From: a virus
Lineage: Duplodnaviria; Caudoviricetes
Direction: 5' to 3' (one strand)
Length of the DNA stretch: 36,193 bases
Virus record (IMG/VR): IMGVR_UViG_3300048580_000411
Span: 1-36,193 of that record
Shown here: in pieces, positions 26,301 through 33,887 of the stretch
Layout: each line of letters begins with the position of its first letter
Numbering within the stretch: position 1 is the stretch's first letter
Program-made: the position numbers and the translations under genes
The notes under the pieces: model-generated
What the model was told of the DNA's origin: nothing
Database searches by the model: none
The model's input: only the letters and a program-made list of their open reading frames with translations

Positions 26301-29300
26301 GCTCACGCTCACGGGCATGGACACGATCCCCGTCGATGCTCGCGATGGGGTGTGGAAGTACGACGAAGCGGGCACGGCTCCGCGCGTGAATGAGCCGGCG
26401 GGGGTGGGGAGTGATTTGCCGTTCTCCGCCCGCAAGCTCGAACTCCAATCCCAAACCGAACAGGGCACGCTGGGCTTCTCTCGCGGCGGCGTGGCACCAC
26501 AAGCCCCGGCCAAGTCGCAGCGTCCCGAGCCTCGCCTCACGCCCGAGCAACGCGCGGAGTTGTACCCCGGCATCCGCCAAGGCGAAAGCGTGCGGGCGTA
26601 CGAGAAGCGCATGGGCACGGCGGATACGCCGATGATGTTTGAGGACGTTCCAGACAGACAACTCAAGCAAAGGCCGGGCGAATTTGACGATGCGTATTCG
26701 CGTCGAATGGCGGCGGAAAACGCAAAGAATGTGATTGAAGAGCCACAAAAGGCGTCGGCCAAAGACCTCAATCGCGCAATCGGCTTTTTGGGTCGGATGC
26801 GTCATGGCTACGTGTCTCGCGGCATAAGCGGCAAAATGGACATGGAGGGCGTTCGCTACAACGTCGAAATGATTGACCGGGACACGGAGATTCTGAAGTT
26901 CTGGTATAAGCAGAAGGAAAAGGAAGAGGCCAAGAAACCCGGCATGTTGTTCTCGGCTCGCAGCGCCAGTATCGACCTAAGCGATCAGCGCCAATCGGTG
27001 GATTTGTTGCGGAATCGGCTTGGTATCACCGAGCGGGTATACGAGTTGGCACGCAAGCTGTCGGCGGCTGAGCGGGAACTGAAACGACTGGACGGGCGCA
27101 ACACCCTGACGGACCCGAGCATCCGGCAGCCGGCGGTGCGAAGCGAAGAAGCCCGCGAACGTCTGCGCGAACAATCAATCAAGCAGATGGTCAACCAAGT
27201 TCGGCTCAAGAACGACGACGACATCCGTCCAGGGGTGGGCGGCGCCCTGCCACCCGGCGGCTTGCGTACCGAACGGCTGGCGTTCTTGGTGATGGGTTCG
27301 CCGGCGGCGGGCAAGTCTGGAATCTCCGAGCGACTGGCCGATCAGCACGGTGCGGCGCTGGTGGACAATGACTATCTGAAGAGAACGCTGCCAGAGTTCA
27401 TGGGGGCTGGCGGTTTCAGTAAGGCGATGGGCGCACAACTCACGCACGAAGAAGCCAGCAACCTTTATCGCAGAACTGAAAATCACTTTGCCGCACAGGG
27501 GGCCAATATGGTTATCCCCATTGTGGGGGCAAGCCAACAGAGTGTGCAAGGACGCATAGATCGGCTGAAGGCCGCGGGGTATCAGGTCAAGTTATTGAGC
27601 GTGTCATTGGCGCCCGAGAAGACCGCGGCTAGGGCGCTGTATCGCTTTGACCAGACGGGTCGGTACGTCCCGCTGAACTACATTCTCAACGACATAGCCC
27701 AAAAGCCCGATGAGGTATACAATGCGACGAAGGGATCATCGGATGGATACCAGCAAGTCAGCAGCGACACCCCCCGCGGCCAAGCCCCAAAGCTCATCGA
27801 AGAATCTGACTCCTTCGCAACGTTGGGCGGAACAACAGAATCGAACCGACGCGGGCGAGGAGTTTCCGGGCGGCAATATGCCTTCCCTGGAAGAGATGAA
27901 GAGGCGCAACCCGGCTTGGGCAGCGGAGATCGAAGCGGGCCTCCAGAAGTCAATCGAACTGGGCCGCAAGAACCAGGCTCGGAAGACCTGAGTCCGCCAG
28001 AGACTCGCTTCTCGGCCCGTCGCCAACCCAACCTCAACGAACAGGACCGCGCCGACGCCCGCACGGTCGGCAAGCTCTCCCAGCAAGCCGTCGAAGCGTC
28101 CCAGAATCTGGACGCGGAGAAGGGGCGGCGGAAGGCGGAAGTGGGTGGCGTCAAGGCCCAGCGGGATATCGAGCGGCGGGCGGGGGAGGAAACCCAGCGG
28201 GAACTGGATCGCACGGTCAAACTGCGCGATCGGCGTGAGCGTGCCCTGACCAACCTGATTGAGCAACAGCAAGCGGCGAACGCCCAACTGAACATCGAAC
28301 TCGGCGACGCCAACGACGAAAACACCGCGCGACGCATGGCCATGAAGTCCATGTTCGGCACCATCCAGGACGCTCAGCGGCAACTCCGCAAGGCGGCTGC
28401 GACGATCCAGAAAGCCACCGACAAGGCCAAGGCCCGAGCCGACGCCGAAGAAACCGCGGCCAAGGTGCGTGATGCCGTGGTCGAGATCGCCAAGCAACTG
28501 CCCCCGTCCATTCGTGGGCGGATGCTGACGGACGTGCGCGACGCGACGGACATGCGCGACCTGCTCGGGAGTGAAGTCACTGGCACCACCAAGGCGGGCA
28601 AGCGTGCCGCCCAGACGATGGGCGCCCTCGGCAAGGCGGCGGATCTGCTGATCCGCTACAACGGCAAAGAAGCGTGGAACACCATCGAGGACATCACCAG
28701 TCGCAAGAGCATGGCGAGCCTGACCGAAGAGCGCCGCAAGGCGATCACCAAGCGGGTCGCGGGCGCGGATTCGCTCTATCGCCAAACCCAAGCATCACTC
28801 GCGCCGGCCAGTCGAGCCGACGCTGCTGAGGAACTGATGGCGATTGCCGACGACGTTCGCGCGATCGTGCACGAACACAAGCTCGAGAACCGGATCATCA
28901 AGGCGGGTCGGCTGGCCGATGCGGAGATCGCCCGCGACGACGTACGCAAGGCGATTGCCGCGGCGAAGACGGTGCTGCCGCCCAACCCCCGCAAGCCCCA
29001 GGCCAAGGTGCAACCTTCACGGGTGCGTCAGTGGCTGCACGAAGGCAACTACAACCTGGACACCATCGCCAAGGTGCTGGACGGGAATATGCAGGGTGGC
29101 GGGCCGGTTCACAAGATCGTGGTCGAGGACATTCGGGCGGGGATGGATCGCAAGTTTGAAGTCCTCGAAGCTGCGACGCGGGTCGCGGATGCGATTGCCC
29201 AGGATGCGGGGTTTGATAACCTCGCGCACCTGCTCGAACTGGCATCCGGCTCCATCGGCGACGGGACCACGAAGACGGTGAACCTGCGGCTGGCCGGCAA

Positions 29301-31062
29301 GGATCACACCCTGACGTGGGGCCAACTGGCCAAGGTGGTTTCGTCGCTGGATGACGTGTCCACCCTCGCAGACATTCAGGAGGGGACGCCGATTACGTTT
29401 GACGACGCCCCCAACGCCAAGGGTATTCGGCTGCGGGCCGAAGACATCCAGACCATCCGCGACGCCATGCCCGAACAACTGCGGGAGGCCGTGGCGGGCA
29501 TGAAGAAGATCCGGGATCGGCTCTTCCCGGTCGCCCAGTCAGCCCAGCGGGTGGTGACGGGACGCGAAGCCCCCGCCCAGCCCGGGTACGAACCCCGCAT
29601 CCGCAACATGGCCCAGAGCCAGCGGGTTACGGACATGGACCCGATGGCCGTGGGATTCGAGAACAAGCTGATCGAGAACAGCGGGTTCCTGCAGACCCGC
29701 GTGCGCGACCTGAAGACGCCCCTGCTGATGGGCGACTTCTTCGCCGACTGGCAACGCTCCATCCACGGGATGGCCGACGTGATGCATCTGATGATCCCCC
29801 TGCGCAACGCGCGGGAAGTCATCATGCACGAATCGGTGAACAACGCCATCGCGGATCGGTGGGGGGATCGTGCGGTAGAGTCGATCAAGGATCGGTTGCG
29901 GACGGTCGTGCGTCCGCCCGAGCGCAGTAACTTCGCCCGCGTCGCCAACCAACTGGCCCGCAACGTCGCAGTGTCGCGTACGGCCCTGGCGCCCGCGTCG
30001 CTGGCGATCTCGGCGACGGCGAGCATCCCCCGCCTGTGGGCGGAACTTGGGACGGCGCGGCTGCTCAAGGGCATCAAGTCGATCGCGAGCACGAAGGTCC
30101 GCGAAGACATGCTCAAGGCCAGTCCGTGGCTGCGGTCGCGTGTGACGGGTGCCGTATCGAACATCGCGAGCACGATGCCGATGCTGGAGGGTGTCGTCGA
30201 TTCCGACTGGGACAAGGCCGCGGGCGAGCGCTGGCGTGCGACCCGCGAGCGGGTCAAGCGAGGCGGCAAGGCGGCGATCCGCCAAGTGATCCTCGCAGCG
30301 TCGGAAGCCCGCAAGGGCCAAGGTCGCGAGGCTCTGAATCAGGCCGGCCAGGTCTTCACGCGCTCGATCCCGGCGATCACCGATGAGGTTCGGCTGCAAT
30401 CGTGGATCGATAGCAAGATGGCTCAGATCGCATGGGCGGCGTATGACGGCGACAAGGCCCAAGCGGAAAAGGCCCTGCGGCTGGTGCTGCCTTCGGCGGA
30501 TCCGCTGGCTCAAACCGGCTGGTCGCACGAACTGAATGCCTCGGGGTTCGGGAGCGTGCTGGGCTCGTTCCGAAGCGACGCCAACGCCGCGTACAACCAC
30601 ATCTCGCAGGCGTGGATGACGGACCCCAAGCGTGGGCTCCGCGTCACGTCGGCGCTCTTGGCTGGCGCCCTGATCGCGGCGGTGATCAAGGGCCTAGATC
30701 GCGAACTCAAAGACGAACTCGAGGGCCGCGAGAACGGGCGGGGCGTCGATGCTGCCCTGCTTCGGTTCGGCCAAGAAACCCTCGGCGCCGGGTTCCTCAG
30801 CGACAAGGTGTTTTCGGCGATCGACGGGATCGGCGGCGTTTCCGATACGCCCGTGTCGGGAAGCGTGGATCAGGTGGCCAAGAGCACGTCGAACATCGCG
30901 AGCACGATCTACACGGCGATCACCAGCGACGATGAGGCCAAGGTCGAGAAGAAGCTGGGAACCCTGCTCGATGACCTGCTGCGACTCATGGAAGGCGCGG
31001 GCACGCTGACGCGCAACCCCATCGTCGGCATCACCCCATACGCGAGGGCTCTGGCAAAATGA
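23335..31062 (+). CDS. Giant polyvalent internal virion protein with zincin-like metallopeptidase and zeta-toxin-like P-loop kinase domains
   Basis: 2575 aa with a Gly/Ala-rich N-terminus. HEVMH at 25321-25335 has a downstream DEGLA. GSPAAGKS at 27295-27318 is followed by VDNDYLK..LPEF, THEEAS, LKAAGYQV and RF..TGRYVP. A long helical C-terminal region follows. Confidence 0.82.
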   Translation: MSRAADPFLEQARAILAEDSDPFLAQARALLGSSATPGVALPPVPSNLGTLGGALGYVGGVTRAVLPEQERGWMADLGVGLMQGIPQAAQQVGGVLRMAGQAVDAPGEMTKGGGLAPQLQDAGRYLTQTGQGVAQALPQTQGFAGDVGMAIPGAMGMVGAGVLTGGLGAAPMVATGVGALTGGAQQAGGVYNEALGRMGDTPAGQQIAATEGAIAGGVSAVMGAVPLGRVLGPVLQRMTGKVAPAIINRAAGRVGQSVAGRLLLDAAGEGSQEAADELTEMFLQRVVELDPNAFDGWQGRVARAAGVGATLGAGMGVGAEVAGRGQNANRQNNQGGQDSSVSRAGGPVPAGGPVVPGGGGVARPGDAAQPATGQAAGGVVEQGDSSDPELTDEEAQRIFDGEDAAPAVDAAGIPIPRGAGGFQGVTNEGTFVPPELQGRATSEPSTPADPGLDRNSQRQGDAALAALLDTTRESTLPSRSQEAFAGPQSDASQGSASVSPLGGQAQGFLPASRPADGDGNFDTTPSQEQARVESDFPENTPSSAFRSADKTEAVGLPRPDRLESRTRERNQGVAGQASPDSTPDLALMSQKIKGTVTLADPAKVTEAERKAESRLSSLGRRVVWVDAKSDTVDLRGAVAGRTPTTIYLRRGQGNVKLAAVALHEVMHSARRTNRELADQLVEVFGRDRVLARGRQELGLQSDAGVDVAQGDDAAIDEGLAGLLEDAAAANPEDAKSDNADLRARILETPGLLDRLRVWLKQTLNSLAGKGSQEVVHAMKLLDRLEAQARKEAGTRDTDSVAWAQTATGIAKKVEDAYSSGSMQAMQERGDNLLASSPSMSREVFDSNLEGYAHEGDVLNFSGPIPTEIKSLVGKRGILKYGFRANVKGGKAEDSFASMGEDRFMEAVKAQYENRTGKGKVAALRKAMEPEARFIAAFAELTQGKKPMPSVPQRVAGLGVGDVVRIQDQAARIDETDDGELVLRGGHFNGLTLTGMDTIPVDARDGVWKYDEAGTAPRVNEPAGVGSDLPFSARKLELQSQTEQGTLGFSRGGVAPQAPAKSQRPEPRLTPEQRAELYPGIRQGESVRAYEKRMGTADTPMMFEDVPDRQLKQRPGEFDDAYSRRMAAENAKNVIEEPQKASAKDLNRAIGFLGRMRHGYVSRGISGKMDMEGVRYNVEMIDRDTEILKFWYKQKEKEEAKKPGMLFSARSASIDLSDQRQSVDLLRNRLGITERVYELARKLSAAERELKRLDGRNTLTDPSIRQPAVRSEEARERLREQSIKQMVNQVRLKNDDDIRPGVGGALPPGGLRTERLAFLVMGSPAAGKSGISERLADQHGAALVDNDYLKRTLPEFMGAGGFSKAMGAQLTHEEASNLYRRTENHFAAQGANMVIPIVGASQQSVQGRIDRLKAAGYQVKLLSVSLAPEKTAARALYRFDQTGRYVPLNYILNDIAQKPDEVYNATKGSSDGYQQVSSDTPRGQAPKLIEESDSFATLGGTTESNRRGRGVSGRQYAFPGRDEEAQPGLGSGDRSGPPEVNRTGPQEPGSEDLSPPETRFSARRQPNLNEQDRADARTVGKLSQQAVEASQNLDAEKGRRKAEVGGVKAQRDIERRAGEETQRELDRTVKLRDRRERALTNLIEQQQAANAQLNIELGDANDENTARRMAMKSMFGTIQDAQRQLRKAAATIQKATDKAKARADAEETAAKVRDAVVEIAKQLPPSIRGRMLTDVRDATDMRDLLGSEVTGTTKAGKRAAQTMGALGKAADLLIRYNGKEAWNTIEDITSRKSMASLTEERRKAITKRVAGADSLYRQTQASLAPASRADAAEELMAIADDVRAIVHEHKLENRIIKAGRLADAEIARDDVRKAIAAAKTVLPPNPRKPQAKVQPSRVRQWLHEGNYNLDTIAKVLDGNMQGGGPVHKIVVEDIRAGMDRKFEVLEAATRVADAIAQDAGFDNLAHLLELASGSIGDGTTKTVNLRLAGKDHTLTWGQLAKVVSSLDDVSTLADIQEGTPITFDDAPNAKGIRLRAEDIQTIRDAMPEQLREAVAGMKKIRDRLFPVAQSAQRVVTGREAPAQPGYEPRIRNMAQSQRVTDMDPMAVGFENKLIENSGFLQTRVRDLKTPLLMGDFFADWQRSIHGMADVMHLMIPLRNAREVIMHESVNNAIADRWGDRAVESIKDRLRTVVRPPERSNFARVANQLARNVAVSRTALAPASLAISATASIPRLWAELGTARLLKGIKSIASTKVREDMLKASPWLRSRVTGAVSNIASTMPMLEGVVDSDWDKAAGERWRATRERVKRGGKAAIRQVILAASEARKGQGREALNQAGQVFTRSIPAITDEVRLQSWIDSKMAQIAWAAYDGDKAQAEKALRLVLPSADPLAQTGWSHELNASGFGSVLGSFRSDANAAYNHISQAWMTDPKRGLRVTSALLAGALIAAVIKGLDRELKDELEGRENGRGVDAALLRFGQETLGAGFLSDKVFSAIDGIGGVSDTPVSGSVDQVAKSTSNIASTIYTAITSDDEAKVEKKLGTLLDDLLRLMEGAGTLTRNPIVGITPYARALAK

Positions 31063-31439
31063 CCATGTACAAAAACATCCCCGTCGTCTATGTGGCTGGC
31101 CCATACCGCGGGCCTTCGGAGTGGGCTGTCACCGAAAACATCCGGGCCGCGGAAGCGGCCGCGCTCGAGCTGTGGAAGCGGGGCGCGGCGGCGGTGTGCC
31201 CGCACAAGAACACCGCGTACTTCGGCGGGGCGCGCCCTGATGAAACGTGGCTCGAAGGCGATCTCGCGATCCTGATGAAGTGCGATGCTCTGTTTCTGCT
31301 GCCGACGTGGAAGCAGTCGACGGGCGCTGTGGCTGAAGTCGAGCTCGCGCGGTCGTTCTTTATTCCGATCATCGATTCGATGGAAGAATTTGATTCGTGG
31401 CTCGCTGCGCGACGCGGCGGGGGAGGTAAGGCGACATGA
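31059..31439 (+). CDS. DUF4406/DUF1937-like protein (nucleoside deoxyribosyltransferase-like fold)
   Basis: VYVAGPY...NI..A...CPH...DLAILMKCDALFLLPTWKQSTGA..E..LA....IPI pattern. ATGA overlap with the upstream stop. Confidence 0.78.
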   Translation: MTMYKNIPVVYVAGPYRGPSEWAVTENIRAAEAAALELWKRGAAAVCPHKNTAYFGGARPDETWLEGDLAILMKCDALFLLPTWKQSTGAVAEVELARSFFIPIIDSMEEFDSWLAARRGGGGKAT

Positions 31440-32353
31440 AGACCAAGGCAAGGATGCCCGAGAAGAAGATGCCGGCCAAGGATGGCCCGGCGGTAACGTC
31501 GACCTATGACGTGCTCGAGAACGTGCTGACCCTGCGGCACGAATGGCCCAAGGTGGAAGGCCGCGAACAGTGGTATCTGCTCCAGGCCGATGAGCACTTC
31601 GACAACGCCAAGTGCGACCGCGAGCGATACAAGCGCGACCTCGATGAAGCGGTCGCCCGCAACGCGGGCATCATCAAATTCGGCGACTTCTTCTGTGCCA
31701 TGCAGGGCAAGTATGACAAGCGCTCCAGCATGAGCGAGCTGCGCGATGCCCACAAGGTTGCGGCGTACTCGAACGCCCTGGTCAACGAAGCCGCGGAGTT
31801 TCACGCTCCGTACGCCAAGCATCTCCTCATGGTCGGCGTTGGCAACCACGAGTCGGGCTTCACGAACAAAACCGGCACGGACCTGACGGCTCTGTTCGTC
31901 GAGAAGATGCAGGATCGGTACGGCTCGCGAGTCATCAAGGGCGGGTATGCGGGATGGCTTCGGTTCATGGTGCAAGCCCATGGCGGCGTGCGTCGGAGTC
32001 TGCGGGCGTGGTATACGCACGGCTACGGCGGTGGTGGGCCGGTGACGCTGGACACGATCCAGGCTCAGCGACAGATGGCCTACATCCACGGGGCCGACAT
32101 GATGTTTAGCGGGCACACACACGACGCCTGGCTGGTCGAGCGCGTCGCGATCTCGCTGACCGACTGCGGGAAGCAACAGCGCATCGCGACCGTCCAATGC
32201 AAGATTCCAACCTACAAGGATGAATTCAGAAAGGCCGCGGGTGGGTGGCATATCGAAACGGGCAAGCCGCCCAAGCCGATGGGCGGGTACTGGCTGCGGC
32301 TGTGGTGGTGTGACTCGATGCTCCGGTTCTCGCTGACTCGCACGGACGGATGA
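31436..32353 (+). CDS. Calcineurin-like metallophosphoesterase
   Basis: All five motifs in order: DEH (DxH), GD, GNHE, HG, GHTH. ATGA overlap with the upstream stop. Confidence 0.88.
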   Translation: MKTKARMPEKKMPAKDGPAVTSTYDVLENVLTLRHEWPKVEGREQWYLLQADEHFDNAKCDRERYKRDLDEAVARNAGIIKFGDFFCAMQGKYDKRSSMSELRDAHKVAAYSNALVNEAAEFHAPYAKHLLMVGVGNHESGFTNKTGTDLTALFVEKMQDRYGSRVIKGGYAGWLRFMVQAHGGVRRSLRAWYTHGYGGGGPVTLDTIQAQRQMAYIHGADMMFSGHTHDAWLVERVAISLTDCGKQQRIATVQCKIPTYKDEFRKAAGGWHIETGKPPKPMGGYWLRLWWCDSMLRFSLTRTDG

Positions 32354-32565
32354 AACGGGGGTGGCGCGTGGAGCTGTGCCATTTCTGCGAGTTGCCGATT
32401 CTCGAATGCCGGTGCTTTGTGCCGCCGGCGGATCGTCGCGATCTACCCAAACGCCCAAACAAACCCCCTCCCATGCGTCGGATTGTGCGTCGGTTGCCCG
32501 ATCACCCCGCGCAAAACCAGCGGGAAAACGAGGCCATGAGGCCCGCAGGGGTCATTAGGTACTAG
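32350..32565 (+). CDS. Possible small Cys-rich protein running into attP
   Basis: ATGA-coupled start and CHFC...CRC. The 3' half overlaps the putative att arm repeats, so it may not be coding. Confidence 0.3.
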   Translation: MKRGWRVELCHFCELPILECRCFVPPADRRDLPKRPNKPPPMRRIVRRLPDHPAQNQRENEAMRPAGVIRY

Positions 32566-32722
32566 TAAGGCCCGAACGCCGAAACCCTCGCGAATTGCGG
32601 GGGTTTTTGCGTATCTGGGGTGTGGGGCTGGGGTTGCGATGCTCGCGGGGGTCACGCCGTGAGCGGGTGGGGGAGGGTGGGGTAGGGTCAGAACGCAAAT
32701 CGATGCGTCGCTTTTTGCGTCA
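32474..32722. mobile_element. Putative intact attP region (arm-type repeats flanking a core)
   Basis: TGCGTC pairs with a 12-nt period at 32474/32486 and 32704/32716. A tRNA-3'-end-like 13-mer CCCGCAGGGGTCA sits at 32542-32554. The region is adjacent to the integrase 3' end. Confidence 0.55.
32582..32608 (+). terminator. Rho-independent terminator (possibly bidirectional)
   Basis: AAACCCTCGC-GAATT-GCGGGGGTTT-TT, between the convergent late operon and the integrase. Confidence 0.7.
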
Positions 32723-33856
32723 CTTCGGGTTTGCGCTGCAGGCTTTCCGCCAGTCGTCTTCACGCACCTGCAGGTAGTGCTCGCTCGCCACCTTGGGGGT
32801 GTTGCCCAGCCATGCGCAGACAACGTGCGTCGGGAACTGGCTTTCAAGGTCGGTCTGACATGACGCCCGAAGGTTGTGGTAAAGCTTGGGCCACGCCTTC
32901 AGGCCCGCGGCGGTGATGATGTCCATGAGGCCGGTGCGCAGGTTGGTGGTGCTCAGGGCTTTCTCGGTGCTGCCCGCGGGCGGGACCAAGAGCCTCCATG
33001 TCGGCACCCGGCGCGAGGGCGGGACGCTGGCGGTGAAGTCCTCGAGGATCGGTCGCAGTTGCGGGGTGATGGGCACGAACCGTTCGGGCTTACCTTGGCC
33101 GGCGGTCTTGGGCGATTCCACGCGGAGCCGATCGTCGCGAACGTCCGCCCATCGCAGGGCGAACAGCTCACTGGGCACGCGAAACCCAGCGAAGCGGGCG
33201 AGGCCCACGATCAATCGCCAACGCGAATCTGGGCACGCGGCCAACACCCTCTCGATCGTCGGCACGTCGATGTACGCCTGTCGCGCCGGGTTGCTCTGCG
33301 AACCAGCACGCACTTCGGCGAAAGGTGACTCGGCGATCATGCCGCGCTTGACGGCGTAGGTAAAGAGCTGCCGACAGCGCTTGATCTGCTTGGCAACGGT
33401 CGCGGGTGCGTAGTGCTCCTCCAGCCAGCGCCGGAACGCATGAGCCTCGGCGGGGGTGATGGTCGCGAGGTTGCGATCCTTGCCGCCCAAGTGCGCCGCG
33501 AGGGCGGTGTGTAGGTCTTCGTGGTGGCGTCGCGTCTGGGGCTGGGCGGCGGATTCCTCGAGCATCCGGGCGGCGGCGGTCGCAAGGGTGTGCACCGAGC
33601 GATCGGCGAGGACCACAAGCCCGGCGACACTTAGGCGACGAAGAAGTCGGCCATCGATGATCGCGAGCCACTGCGCGGTTTCGGGGCTAGGGCTGGCGCC
33701 CATCCGGCGGGCGGCGTCCAGGTCTTCGATTCTGCTCTTCACGTATGTCGCGTGGTTCTTGGGTACTTTCCCCAGCCTGATCGTCGAGCGGCGTCCATCG
33801 GTGCGGCTGACCTGCACGCGGAAGCGTCCATTGGGATCGCGGATGAGAGAGGCCAA
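32720..33856 (-). CDS. int: Tyrosine integrase
   Basis: N-terminal arm-binding beta segment (FRVQV...RRSTIRLG), SAM-like core, and catalytic R (GFRVPSE), HNLR, LGNT and EHY. TTG start. Confidence 0.95.
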   Translation of the reverse strand: MASLIRDPNGRFRVQVSRTDGRRSTIRLGKVPKNHATYVKSRIEDLDAARRMGASPSPETAQWLAIIDGRLLRRLSVAGLVVLADRSVHTLATAAARMLEESAAQPQTRRHHEDLHTALAAHLGGKDRNLATITPAEAHAFRRWLEEHYAPATVAKQIKRCRQLFTYAVKRGMIAESPFAEVRAGSQSNPARQAYIDVPTIERVLAACPDSRWRLIVGLARFAGFRVPSELFALRWADVRDDRLRVESPKTAGQGKPERFVPITPQLRPILEDFTASVPPSRRVPTWRLLVPPAGSTEKALSTTNLRTGLMDIITAAGLKAWPKLYHNLRASCQTDLESQFPTHVVCAWLGNTPKVASEHYLQVREDDWRKACSANPK

Positions 33857-33887
33857 GTGTAAGAATCCCCAGCACTTTCAGCAACTT

